Source of the DNA: Gordius albopunctatus
Lineage: Eukaryota
NCBI GenBank assembly: GCA_964276515.1
Contig: OZ193909.1
Coordinates: forward strand, 6,634,001 to 6,698,000
Length of the DNA: 64,000 nt
Reading direction: 5' to 3'
Part shown: positions 52,101 through 64,000 of the stretch, one piece after another
Position numbering within the stretch: position 1 is the first letter of the stretch
How the letters are laid out: each line of letters starts with the position of its first letter
Program-made: the position numbers and the translations under genes
Notes under the pieces: generated by a model
What the model was told of the DNA's origin: nothing
Database searches by the model: none
What the model saw: only the letters and a program-made list of their open reading frames with translations

Positions 52101-55100
52101 ATGTAATCAAATTACAAGTTTGACTTGAACGAAGACAGAGAATATTAACAAATATCTTTCAATTTTCAAAAAATAAACAAATAGACACAATCAAGAGAAG
52201 TTTTTTTAAATATAGAGCGATATATATAGTTGTTTGTATAAAAACAGATTTTTTTTCGTCTTTATAAAAATTATAGTAATTCCTTTTAGGCATTTTAGTC
52301 ATTATTTTTTTGAATGTACTCTCTTCACCTCTTATATAGATGATCAGAAGTAAACCCTACTAAGTGCTGGTTCCAGAAAGTTTATTAATGGGTAGAATAA
52401 TTTTCTTAAATTTTTCCAATTACAGGAGAGACCAGGGCTAGTTATAGAGGAACTACTTGTATCTTTGTAATTATAAAATAATAATCATAAAACATTTAAA
52501 TTTTAACTATAAGTTTACTTTGTCATAAGGTATAAATAAAAATTTTCTAAAATGTGAAAGGTTATTTGGAGTTTATAATAATCTTTAAAAAATTTGTTTT
52601 TAGACATAATTCTTTTTGGTTTATACTATAAATGGATATCTTTTCGATAAATCCAATCAAATTATTAAATTTACATTTAAAATCTAATAATAAATAGGGA
52701 TCGGGGCTAGTCGGAGATGAATTAGTGCTAGCCATTCCATATATCTTACTTCAAGGACCAATTACAAATTTAAATTTCAAAAATTTCCTCTAATATTTTA
52801 ACTTATTGTAAATTGAAAGAGAAATTGACTATGATTATTTATTAATATACAATTAAAAATTGTCTTTTATAGATAAATATGTTGGGTTGGGTTGTTACCT
52901 TGACTCACTTTTACTGTGTGTAAAATATAACCTTAATAAATTTGAATTCTCTAAGTAATTTTTTTATTGATTTAAGTTGGCATACATATAAAAGAAGTGA
53001 AAACCTAAAGGCTATTCTGTTCCTTGAAGAGGGCCATCTATAACTTGCTTCGAACATTTTTAAAATTTTTAAGTTTTTTATTTTTAATCGAATTTGTGAG
53101 AAAACTATTAATTTTTTTGTAGCAAACAAAAAATTCTAATAACTTAAAAAAATGATTTAATTTTTAATGCCTATTCTAGCCACGGTCCTCAATACTTGTT
53201 TTGTTTTTGTCCTATTTATCTTGCCCTTGCCACGTCCATGTAGTGATCTATGTTTTATAAATAAATATTACAATTTATTATACAACTCCTATTGAAAAAC
53301 ACCAAAACATTGAAAGAACCATCTCTAAAATATAAATACTGCAATTTTTAATCTTTACACACCTACAGAAATGCCGCCTATATTGGGGTATCACGTTGAA
53401 ATGATGGATATCAAAGAAGGTACATGGGTACCTGTGGGAAAACCCGTTTCTGGACTAACTAAAAAAGGTAAATTTATACACATTTATAATTTCACATAAA
53501 ATTTTGATCTCTCGAAATCAATATAAAATTTGTCCATCCTATTAATTAGTGCCGGATTTAAAGATTGGGAAAACTTATAAGTTTAGAGTGATAGCTGAAA
53601 ATTATTATGGAAAAGGTGAACCGCTTGAGGGACTGCCGATAGTGTTTAAACCACCCTATGGTATTTTTAAATTCTTATAATTTGCTTTAAAAATTGTTGC
53701 TTATACCTAAAAATTAATTGCCGATTTAGAAGTCCCAGGGCCCCCGGGAAAACCGACAATAAAAGACTACGGAGAGTCTTTCGTAGCTTTAGAATGGAAA
53801 CCACCAATAACCGATGGAGGCAGTCCTATTACAGGTGATTTTAAAGATAATTATTAAATTTGAGCTAGTCTAAAAATTCTTTATATAGTTTCTGAGTCGT
53901 CAACGTTCAATTTTAAATAATTATTTTGTCTTGGAAATAAAAATTTTGCCACAATTACATTTGTTGCCCTTTTTAGGTTACATTATCGAACGACAAAGTA
54001 AAAAGTCTCCCGAATGGATAAAGTGTAACGATCACTTATGCAAAAAAACGGTTTATACAGTAAGCGGTTTACCTACTAATCAGGAATTTTCGTTTCGCAT
54101 TATTGCTATAAATGATGCGGGTCCTAGCGAACCTAGCCCACCCTCACAAACCGTGATTACCAGGGAACCACCAAGTAAGCTCTATAAAAGTTCAGTCCCA
54201 AAATTTCTCATGTTTTTTATATGTTTTGTTGCGAAAAATGATACTTTATAATTAACATTTATGTTTTATAAATTTGAGTTCACTATAATTGAAGAGTGTT
54301 AATTTTGACTAAAACACTTTAAATGTTATACAAGGCGTTCCGAAACCACCAAAGAACATTTACCCCGAAAAAGTCAATAACAACACAGTAAAACTGACAT
54401 GGGATAAATGTCCAGACGATGGTGGTACCCCTATTTCGGGTTATTTGGTCGAAAAACGCGCTAAGGTATTTAGAATAAAATTGCTAAAAACTCCTTTAAA
54501 CGTGCCTAAAGAGAAGCGAATAATTTTTACAATCTTTTGCATAAATAATTTTTAAGGTCTAATTCTATTATAGGAAAAACTTGGAAAGAAAAAATTTAAT
54601 ATTATCTTTACAATTTGAGTTAAAAAACAAAATATTTACAATGCTCTAGGCAAGTTGGCCCCTGTTCAGAAGATGAACTACATTTTAATCTATTACATAA
54701 TTTGACATTAAAACATGAAAATTTATTTTAAGGATATAATTATAAAAAATTTGCCAATCGATCAAAAACTACCCATTCATGCACCGTCAAAAATTTGCTT
54801 GCCAGAATTTGAAAGATTACTAATTGCCTTGCCTTTGTTTAGCTTTATCATTTTCTCTCCTGTAAAATCTAGCGATTAGATACTGAAACGACGAAAGCTA
54901 ATTTGCCCCGCAAAACTTAGCCCGTCCTTTATTATTTTCAAACATATGATAATTAATCATATTAAAATGAAAATATTGAATTGATCCATATTTATTTTAT
55001 AAATGATTTTTTAGGAAATAAAACTTAAGCTAACCCAAAATTGATAGTTAAAATACAAATTCCTACATCAGGCTACTTACCCACCTCGAGAAAACGTTTT

Positions 55101-58100
55101 TTCTCTCTAAATTTTTGATTAACTTTTCAACAATATTTTCTTAATTTATATATTATGATAGGACACATTTATGATACAATTTAATATTATAAATAATTAT
55201 AGAGATGTAAGTGGCCTCGGCCTATAACTAGCCATGGTCTAGCCTGCAGCTTGAATTTATAATTTAAACCCTTTAATAAGATAGCTTCTACAAAAGTTTG
55301 TTTTTGAAATGCTTGTTTTCTAGTTATTTTTAGCATAGTTATGACGCGAATGGGCTATTAAATAATGCATGCAGGAAAATTAATAATAATAAGACTCAGG
55401 AAACAGAAAGAAATCTTAATTTTTTTAAATTATGGAGTTAGTATTGGAATTTATAAATATTTTGCTCTTCGTTTGGCATATTTATTGTATAAGAAATCGC
55501 AAATTTAGCCTATTAACTAAATTCTAACATTTTAGGGGGGAGAATGGGAGCCCATTAATACTTCTCCCATTGACGCCCTAACTTTGATGGTTTCAGAATT
55601 AAATCCCACACAAGAATATCAATTTCGGGTCAAAGGAGTTAATGATATAGGTCCCGGAGAAGCTAGCAAACCTACGGGTTATGTTAAAATGGAAGATGAA
55701 GGAGGTAAGTGAAATTTGCATCATTATAATTTCATGAATTAAATTAATTTTTTACTATATTAATCGTAAGGATAAACATTTTTATGTACAATATCAAAAC
55801 ACTCATATTTCAAAAAAACATTATTTGATTTATTCATTACGATTGAAAAAATTAATTATTTTATATAGTTAAACCAAAGATTGCTAAGGAGTTCTTTAAA
55901 GACACAAAACTAGCTGTCGGAAAGTCGTTATCGTTCGCTGTTCCTTTTACAGGGACCCCGACCCCTGAAATAAGTTGGTTTTTAAACGGGGAACCATTGA
56001 TGGCATCAGATAGCCTTATTATTAAAGACGATGGCAAAGTGGCAAATCTAGAAATGCCTAGCGCAACTAAATCTCTGGAGGGTTCTTTAAAAATTATGGC
56101 AACCAATTCTATGGGGGTAGATCAAGCTATAGCCACTATTAAAATATTGGGTAATCATTCCAATTTAATCTAGAGTTAATGATTTAAAATTTATAGAAAT
56201 TTGTACTAGACTATTTTAACATGCCTATAAGCAAATAAATNNNNNNNNNNNNNNNNNNNNNNNNNNNNNNNNNNNNNNNNNNNNNNNNNNNNNNNNNNNN
56301 NNNNNNNNNNNNNNNNNNNNNNNNNNNNNNNNNNNNNNNNNNNNNNNNNNNNNNNNNNNNNNNNNNNNNNNNNNNNNNNNNNNNNNNNNNNNNNNNNNNN
56401 NNNNNNNNNNNNNNNNNNNNNNNNNNNNNNNNNNNNNNNNGGGGGGGGCGGCCGCCCCCCCCCTGAATGAGAATTTTTATATTTTTTAATGTAAATTTAT
56501 GTAAAAATTGGAAAAAATTAGTGTTTCGCCCCCCCCCCTGATTGAAATTAAGTTTTATGTTGAAAATTTTATTTCACGAACTTTTGACGCAAATTTAAAT
56601 TATATAAGAATTAAATATTGAGATTAGTAGTTGCGTTTGTGTTAGTTCCTTCATACATCGTTTACATATCCTCTGTACACTGTACTGTTGATTAATAATG
56701 AGTTTTTATGTGGGTTGAGGCCAAAGAATAGCAAAATATTTTAATTACTAACGTTAAATACCAAAAAAAGGTCTTGGCGACCTTTTTTTTTTTTTTTGCG
56801 ATTTTTTTTGCTCGCCCCCCCCCCCTGATCCGAAAGCTGGCTACGCCCATGAGGCCTTGTAATAATAATTACCACTACTATTATACGGATCATGCACAAC
56901 TTCAAATTTATAATAAAATCGGATGTAGTTACAAAATATCCACATTTTAATGTGTCCGTGTGGTGAAAAGCAATTATATACAACTTAATGAATTTGTAGA
57001 ATATTTTTATTCTTATCTATATAAACAGATGTTCCGGCACCGCCACAGGCGCCATTAAAAATCTCTGACGTAACTGATAAAAGTTGCACTCTAGCTTGGA
57101 AAGCCCCTGCTTCAGACGGCGGTTCGCCGATAACGTGAGTCACCACAAATATCACCTTTAAAATCACAACTTTAGTTTTCCTTCAAATATTCAAAATCGC
57201 TTGTTATAGCAACTCAAAACAATCTACCTTTAACAAATAATCACAATCACTATTAATTAAGATAACGATATGGTTTAAATATATTGCCTCCCTCATTTAT
57301 ATAATATTACCTCATATAGTTCTTATGTATTATTCTTAAGTTGTTCTTTGATATTTCAATTATAATCTCTATAGTTCCCATTATAGGTTTATGTCAAAAT
57401 TGCAAAACTCAGCATCTCATAAGCTTAACCACTTCTTTCCGTTTTAACGCAGTTACAAATAAGAATAAAAATCTAAATATTTATGAAATTATTAGATCAT
57501 ATGTCGTCGAAAAACGAGATCAAACGGACGGAGAAGATTATTGGACTGAAGTGAGTCCGGACGTATATTCATTAAGTTGTTCCGTTCCTCATCTCAAAAA
57601 AGGACATTCCTACGAATTTAGGGTCAAAGCTAAAAATGCTATCGGTCTTTCGGAGCCTCTAGTTTCACAAGAACCCATCGAAATTAAAAGCCCTGCAGGT
57701 TCGCCTTTTAATTACTAGACATTGATATAATTAAGGATATAGAGTATGTACCAAGTTGCAGGTTAAATTTGTTAAAAAAATTAAAAATCAATACAGCAGT
57801 AGAAAAATTTAAAAATACAGCTTTTTTTAATTTTTTTATATACACTAATGCATCATTTTTAAAAAGCCTTATTAATTTGCGATGAAATTCGTTGTTTAAT
57901 CAGCTGTGCCTGGTAGCCCGAGAGATCTTAAAATAACGTCTTCGTCGCCAAAGTCTGTTCAATTATCATGGGTAGAGCCTGAATCTGACGGAGGATCGCC
58001 GATTAAAGGTTATTACGTTGAGCGGAAGGAACCTACAAGAGAAAGATGGGAAGAATTGAATCAATACCCTGTTAAGGTAATTTTTTATTATAGCTCTTAT

Positions 58101-61100
58101 AAATAAGTAAACTTTTTTTCACTTAATAATTAGGTATTACTTTAAATTTATTTGAAAAACAATCTAAAAACTTAATGCAAAGTGCACTTGTTTTTTTCTT
58201 AGGAACTGACTTATACCGACGAGAAAATACGGCCCGACAAAGCCTACCAATACCGAGTTAAAGCTGTAAACGATATCGGTAATGGATTACCGTGCAGGGC
58301 TATAGATTATGAACCATCTAAACTTTTAGGTATAATTCAACAATAAACCTCTGCTACTTTATACAATTTAATAAAAAAAATTAATTATTAAATTTTTATC
58401 AACAACTTAAATTAAAAAAGTGTTTATTGTATTCTTTTATATTATAAAAAATCCTAAAGTTTGGGGAAATTATGAGTTGACAAATTTAAAGTTTTTGGCG
58501 AGTCTGATATACATTTTTAAGACAAACACTTTTCTTTCTTTTCTCATCTTATAAATAAGCAAATTTAAAATTGATTAGCAGTCTTATGAATTTATAATAC
58601 ATATAGTCATATTTAATATATTTAAGGGTTACCAATAAAACCGCACGCGCCTGTCGTGAAGCGCGTAGATAGGGGCAAGGTGGATTTGCAGTTATCGTAC
58701 CCAGAGCCACCGCTGGATGGTAAATTTGCCGCACCGAATTATTTGATCGTTGAAAAGAGAAGTCCGGGCGGCCAATGGGTTCGGTGTGGTAAAACGCCGG
58801 CAACTAAACTGGATATAACCATTTCCGACCTAAACGACGGGGACGAATATGAGTTTAGGGCAGTAGGAGTCAACGATAAGGGGCAAGAGGGAGAGCCTAG
58901 CGATGCTTCTCAACTTATTAGGATCCCGGATAAATCAGGTTTAACCATCTTATTGAAATAGGAATCGACCTACCATATATGAAGGTGGAAAACAGCGTCC
59001 TACCCTACTATATATATAATAAAGTCGAATTTACATCGTTTTTCTTTAAATTTGAACATCTTGACTCCCCTCCCGCACACTATTAGAAGAGAAAAGGGTG
59101 ATCAATCAAAATCATAGCTTTTGAGAGAGAACGCTCTTTCCTTCTCCTTACTTCGCATGCAACTTACTCCTTCCCTTACCATGCATATGATTTTGCCACT
59201 CTTGCAATCGACTCTGCACCTGTTTATAATTTGGTGCTTTTTGTCAGAAATTCGTCCATTTTTGACCAACATCTAAAAAAAAGCAAAAAAACTTTGTCGA
59301 AAGTTTAAAATATAGAGGGACATTTTTATTAAGAATTTGTAATAACTTTTTTAAGGTTCAAATTAAAATAATTTTTTTGATTATATTTAGTAAATAAACT
59401 TTTAAATTGTTCATTCTAATATCCTTCAAAATGCTTTTAACGTCTAACATGGGCGTAGCCAGGTTTTGGATTAAGGGGAGGGGCAAAACGTTCAAAAGTT
59501 CAATTAGGGGGGGGGGGGGCAAAACTTAGAATTTTTTAATTTTTAAGGGTTTTTGAATTGAATTTTTTTTTTCGCTATTTAGGGGGGTGCAGGGGGGGGA
59601 GGGTATTTGTATTTCATAAAACCTTAAAATAATCGACTCTGCGTTGAGTTAAAAATTAATACTTAATATGGGTTGCGATTGGCATCCACAATTTTATTCG
59701 TCACTTGTGTTAAATTATGTTTATGTAAATTATATGTGTAGCTAAGCCGAGAATAGATCGCAATTTTTTCCACGACTTGAAGCTCAAAGCGGGGGAAGAT
59801 ATTGACTTTCAGGTTCCATTTTTTGCCACTCCCATTCCCGACATCAAATGGAAATTCAATAACGCACCCGTTAAACTGGAAGATATACCCGGTGGAGCTA
59901 AGATAAATAATACCGAACATTCGACCCATTTCAAAATACCCAATGTGTCGAGAGCTGATCATCAGGGTACTTACACCTTATCGATAGAAAATGAATTTGG
60001 ATCAGACACCGAAACGATCAAAGTTACAATTATAGGTAATATTTATGATAAATGCTAACAACAGAGAAAACGTTTTATTAGTATTCAATAACGACGCTCT
60101 ATAGCCTCTGTTTTAGGAATTTATTGCATTCACCCATGAAATAAAAATTGTAGACTCATATTCTGCTATAGTTAACCATAACTCCAAAATTGTTGCGCTT
60201 TACTATTTAAGGCAATTGGCTCGGCGATAGGTATGTTTTAAAGGTTTAGACGCGCTTGAATAGGAGAATCTTTGTTGCTATTATTAAAAATAATAATTTT
60301 AGACCATTATAAATTTAACCATATGTGTATTTTGCCATGAGGTATAAGTAAAAAATTATGGCTAGGAAAAATATATATTAAAAACTTTATAGGGGAAAAT
60401 GGGGTCTTAAGATGGTACTAGCCTTGACAAAAATTTGTGATTCCATTAATATCTAATCTTAGTTGTATCATATATTTTTCATATGTTAAATTATTGATTG
60501 TATAAAAAATAGAGATCGGGCTAATTGGGAAGGGTAGTGTTAGCCATTCAGACTGTCTCATGTTGTCATCTTGACCCATTTTTTTGTATTGTATCAAATA
60601 TAACCATAACATCTGCAGTCTTTATGTTTTTTATCATAAAACAAGCATTTTATTCATTTTGAGTTGTCATACAAAAAAAGGCAGTGAAAACATAAAGGTT
60701 ATTGTATCCCCCGAAAGGGGCTGCTATGATGACTAATCCCGAGAAAATTTTTAGGTTTTTTGTTTTTTTAACTTAACTTATAAGAAAAACTATAATTTTT
60801 TTTCTCAAATTTCTTTCTCATATTAAAAATAGACTTTAAAAATATGTTTCAGCGAAAAAGGCTATAAAATAATTTTTAGCTTTTTATAAAAGACGATTTA
60901 ATTTTTTATGACTATTCTAGCCCCGGCCTTACTAACATTTAATATTTATTCGAGGTCTATATTTTTTTAAATTAAAAAGAGCACTCGATAACTTGTTAAT
61001 TTTTATTTATTGATTTATATTAAAAATCATTAGATCGGCCATCTCCCCCCAGAAAACCTTTCAAAATTGATCAAGTGGATAAATCGACTGTTCGATTGTC

Positions 61101-63908
61101 ATGGAAAGAACCTGAAGACAACGGTGGTTCAGCTATCACCAATTATGAAATTGAAAAATCTAGTGACGATGGCCAAACTTGGACTTCAGTCGGAGATGCA
61201 TACGATTTAAACGCAAAGGTTTGAAATTATTTTACCTACTCGAGAATTCCAGTTATTTAAGTGAAAAACAGGGCTTAAAAACATCTACTATGAAAAATAG
61301 CTTCCCAGGAACTTAATATACTATTCAGCCGACCAAAGGGATTTTTCGTTTTTGTTAGCATAAACGATTTTATGGCCTATTTATATACTATAACAAAGTG
61401 ATAATATGCCTTAAAAAGTTTTTGTTAGTGGCGCTTTTCGGTTAAATCGTCAGTATTTTATAGATAATTTAGTCCTTTTAGACTTTTTCATTTAATGAGA
61501 TTTGGATATCTAAGTCAAGGATGCAATGAAGTTAGCCGTTATTTTATTATATCTCCTTGAACTTTGTGAAATAGGCTAGCCTACCAAAACGCCCAAATTT
61601 ACTAAATCTTTCGGGCTATGAGCGCAACGATTAACTTCGAAGGTTGATTAAATAAAAACCCAAAATTGGTGCAATTATATAATATCATGCCTTTATCAAA
61701 AACGCGATGGTACTAAATAATAAATAGAAATCGATATACCGGTCGAAAATCTTTGAAATATTTAGAATTTTGACAAGATTTTTTAGTTTTTTACAATATT
61801 CTTCATCGGTGATTAACAGACTTTACTTTTAAAATTTAGTTAGACCATCTAGCTAGACAAGGTTTGCTTAATTTATTATTAAATAACAATAGGTTAAAAA
61901 CTTGACACCGGGTAGTACGTACAAATTCAGGGTTTTCGCCATTAACAAAGTTGGCACCTCGGAACCACTATTGAGCGAACCCTACGAACTGGAAAGTGTT
62001 CCAGGTACACCTTGACAAAGCCACATGATCATGATATCTCATTTATAATACGGTTGTGCTAAAAAATCCATTATTGTGGTAGGATAAAGACAAAAAATAG
62101 GATTCCATTACTAATAAACTATATATAGAATTAATAATTAACATTAACCCCATCATCTTTCAAATTACTATTTATAGCCGTTTATAAAATTTTGAGACCA
62201 GAAGTTTGCTGCAAAAATTTGGGAGCGCTAAAGGCTGACAATAACTTAATTTTACCTTAGAACGCCTTTTTTTAAATAAAGATAGCTATCTTACCCTGCT
62301 ACATTACAATTATTAGAAGATGAAAGGAGGCCTAGTAAACCAACTGTTAAAGAATATGGAAAAGATTATGCCGATTTGGAATGGGAGCCGCCGGTTACAA
62401 AAGAACCTAAATACATTCCTAAGGCGTACGACGTTGAAAAAAAGGGGAAGAAAGATGAAGAGTGGAGTTTGGGCAAGCACGTACCAGGTAAATGTGATTA
62501 AAATTGTGTATGATATCAACTTCTCGTTCTGCGTTCTAGTGTTAATTTATAAACCTTTTTACTTAACTAAAATACACGATAAAACGAATGATTCTAGTCT
62601 TTGGTTTGGTTAAACGGTTTCACTACCCATTAAACTTAAAAATATTGGTCTATGATACATTGGCATGGAATAACGGGTCATCTAATTTGGCTAATTGAAG
62701 AGTAAAGACCAAAATCTTTACTCGGACTTCAAAGAATTAACATAGAATTGGTCTAGAATTCCAAAATAATTTAGCGTGTTGTTCATACACTACTTAGAAC
62801 CCATTACCAGGGCTAGAGTACCCCAGTTGAGGGAAGACGAAGAGTACCAATTCAGGGTTATACCGCACCCATATGAAGAAACACCGTGGTACAGCGAACC
62901 TAGCATGCCCATTTTGACTACAGACAAAGAAAGTAATCATTAAGACTTCAACAATTTTTCCACTAACTTTTTAATGTATACCCATGAAAAACTTTTTTAA
63001 TAATATGAGTGAAAAAATGAAAATAATTAAGTTTTGCCCAATTCACATTATTAGTATTTAATAGCTATTATGTTAAATAATAGAAATGTGGTTAAAGCTT
63101 TAATTATAATTTACTCTTAACAAACAACATTTTGTGGTCGAAATAGTTGCGCCCAAATTGGATTTATACGCTCTGAGAGATTTGGAATTGAGGGATGGTG
63201 ACCGTTTGAGCGTTATAGCGCCGTTCGTGGCCAAGCCCTTACCTAAGATGACGTGGAAGTACAACGGGTTCCCAATCAGTAACCCCCTAGCCCAGACCAA
63301 TATCGAAAGTTCTATGGCAACCCTCAGAATTCCTTATGTTAAATTTGCAGACGCTGGAACTTACACTTTAACACTTGAAAATGCGGCGGGTCGGGATTCA
63401 GCTTCTTTCAATTTGAAAGTTTTGGGTAAATTAGAAAATAAATTATTTAACTATTTTCAGAGTTATAGAAAAATAAAAGATATGATTAAATTGTTTTAGA
63501 GGATTATTTAGAGCTGACATATCGGGGAATTATTCTTTTTGATAATCAAGTATTTTTTACAAATAGTCGAGCAAAAATATCAAAGCAGCATAAATATTTA
63601 AGAAGTATACTTTTTAAAACACTTTTAATTGTTAAACATCTGGACTACTTTCTATTGAATTTTATAAATTCTTATCTCGTTAGAAATTTTGAATAAATAA
63701 TTACATTTCTCTATAACATTAGGGAAACCATCAAAACCGGAATCACCTTTTGATATTCTCCCATTGTCAAATGACGAGTATAAACTTAGCTGGCGCAAAC
63801 CGAGACACGATGGAGGCTGTCCTATCTTAAATTACATCGTTGAAAGATATAGCCCGCAAGATGGATTTTGGATGCGGGTAGATGAGCCGGTTAATACGCA
63901 TATGATCG
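28174..63908 (+). CDS. Giant titin/twitchin/projectin-family muscle protein, N-terminal part (continues beyond the window). Ig1-7: 28174-28528, 28976-28997, 29571-29709, 30265-30427, 30553-30685, 31966-32147, 32220-32244, 32529-32739, 33282-33372, 33758-34029, 34610-34694, 35030-35100, 35189-35259, 36033-36205, 36614-36895. Fn3x3: 37350-37455, 38016-38215, 38980-39128, 39791-39941, 40289-40407, 43898-44120. PEVK: 44280-47680. Fn3x2: 48433-50216. Ig: 50277-50913. Fn3x3: 51007-55704. Ig: 55869-56150. Fn3x3: 57029-58938. Ig: 59742-60035. Fn3x2: 61034-62932. Ig: 63147-63425. Fn3: 63723 onward
   Basis: 57 hand-traced exons, all phase-compatible except one PEVK exon. I-set Ig motifs (P.P.I.W...G, D.G.Y...A.N..G) and muscle Fn3 motifs (PGPP.GPL.V, L.W..P..DGGSPI..Y.VE, Y.FRV.A.N..G.SEP). 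The N-terminus MVISEDIPPNVIKKP resembles the start of projectin/twitchin; exact orthology (unc-22/bent versus another titin-like gene) is not established. Confidence 0.92.
28629..28793. mobile_element. hAT-type MITE (CATGGG TIR family)
   Basis: CATGGGTGTAGCCAG...CTGGCAACGCCCATG with a perfect 8-bp TSD GTAATTAA. Confidence 0.88.
30790..31660. other. GC-elevated intronic insert, probably degraded retroelement fragment(s)
   Basis: Compositional shift within the intron 30686-31965; only short broken ORFs and no diagnostic motif recognised. Confidence 0.25.
35407..35574. mobile_element. CATGGGCGTA-TIR hAT-like MITE copy
   Basis: CATGGGCGTATCCAGG...GGGTACGTCCCTG; internal sequence is the reverse orientation of 28629-28793. 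Confidence 0.75.
38297..38767. mobile_element. Mutator-like (MULE) MITE
   Basis: 9-bp TSD GAACTAAAT on both sides; imperfect TIRs (AAAAAAAAGCTCTTGAAAAAAAAGCT / AGCTTTTTTTTAAAGAGCTTT); internal degenerate ATTTTTGAATATC repeats. Confidence 0.7.
40627..42165. mobile_element. Non-autonomous DNA element with TAGGGGAGACCGGGGC-type ends, host of a nested piggyBac MITE
   Basis: Ends GGACCGGGG... and ...CCCCGGTCTCCCCTA; homologous pieces at 51287-51715, 52423-53190 and 60390-60931. Confidence 0.65.
41069..41674. mobile_element. piggyBac-type MITE nested in the element above
   Basis: TTAA|CCCTCGAGAGCA...TGCTCTCGAGGG|TTAA; internal repeats GAGAGCATTCGTGGGGTA at about 41101 and 41460; the empty site is visible in the homolog near 51650-51670. 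Confidence 0.88.
44280..47680 (+). CDS. PEVK-like elastic segment, 10 short exons: 44280-44357, 44445-44552, 46143-46216 (frameshifted), 46353-46421, 46465-46545, 46802-46879, 46967-47074, 47271-47345, 47486-47554, 47600-47680
   Basis: P/E/V/K-rich peptides such as AKKDEFPEKVAIEEEPLEEEVVSKIP and KKVEEPEKVVTKKPEPEPAVKVP. Phase 1-1 exons of 78, 108, 75, 69 and 81 nt. Confidence 0.88.
44746..46118 (-). mobile_element. 5'-truncated, frameshifted non-LTR retrotransposon with a C-terminal restriction-like endonuclease (CRE-like clade)
   Basis: Minus-strand fragments: ASLPSKSGGIGIRS (RT thumb), CDLC...HPLHC (CCHC finger), IPDGVTLIPWSPGLNLTWDFTKVD...AENRKTTKY (PD..D RLE). Stop at 44831, A-rich tail, AATTATAT TSD at 44738-44745 and 46119-46126. 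The empty site is present in duplicate copy B. Confidence 0.88.
48023..48328. mobile_element. Foldback/MITE-like imperfect palindrome of about 305 bp
   Basis: TGACGCGCGAAAGCGAAGTGAATTTTTGAGCTAATTTATCA ... TGATAAATTAGCACAAAAATTCACTTCGCTTT...CGCGCGTCA; complementarity extends over most of the length. Confidence 0.8.
51287..53190. mobile_element. Two rearranged copies (51287-51715 forward, 52423-53190 reverse) of the 40627-42165 family
   Basis: Shared blocks such as TAGTGTATGCTAACTCAAAT, CAAGATGACAATCTGAC and GGGGCTAGTCGGAG. Confidence 0.65.
56241..56440. other. Assembly gap (200 N) in an intron
   Basis: Run of N; the flanking exons 55869-56150 and 57029-57134 are phase-compatible. Confidence 1.
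56441..56851. mobile_element. Longer CATGGGCGTA-TIR family element abutting the gap
   Basis: Ends GCTGGCTACGCCCATG; repeated CGCCCCCCCCCTGA motifs; another left end CATGGGCGTAGCCAGG at 59448. Confidence 0.65.
60390..60931. mobile_element. Deleted reverse copy of the 40627-42165 family
   Basis: TAGGGGAAAATGGGG...TTGTCATCTTGACCC...CTAGCCCCGG. Confidence 0.6.
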
Positions 63909-64000
63909 GTAGACGGTAAAGCGAATTTACACATAGTTATTGTTTGTTAAACATTACTAATTTAATTTTTACATTATGGAAAGTATCTTCCTCTTATTTA

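Noticed and set aside
56241..56440. Missing exon or misjoin at the N gap
   Set aside because: The Ig exon before and the Fn3 exon after join in phase with the usual ILDVP linker. It cannot be fully excluded.

Overview
AT-rich, intron-dense eukaryotic (invertebrate-like) genomic DNA. It holds four + strand genes, which I reconstructed by hand from GT-AG boundaries and exon phase. (1) The 3' part of an unidentified type-I membrane protein (to 4507). (2) A small secreted 8-Cys peptide (about 5204/5323-7178). (3) A complete 16-exon, about 911-aa animal Myb (B-Myb/Dm-Myb type, 12799-24426). It has the TP-rich conserved region and the C-terminal MuvB-binding motif but only repeats R2-R3; no R1 is recognisable. 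(4) The first 57 coding exons of a giant titin/twitchin/projectin-family muscle protein (28174 to the window end). Its domain order is 7 Ig, Fn3x3, a 10-exon PEVK-like cassette, Fn3x2-Ig, Fn3x3-Ig, Fn3x3-Ig, Fn3x2-Ig, Fn3. The PEVK cassette is a tandem duplication of 5 symmetric exons. Six of the ten start with AG|GT (recursive-splice-like), and one is frameshifted right next to a CRE-type non-LTR retrotransposon insertion. Introns and intergenic DNA carry PIF/Harbinger, hAT, Mutator and piggyBac MITEs, a foldback element and a 200-N assembly gap. All exon models are unverified by transcripts.
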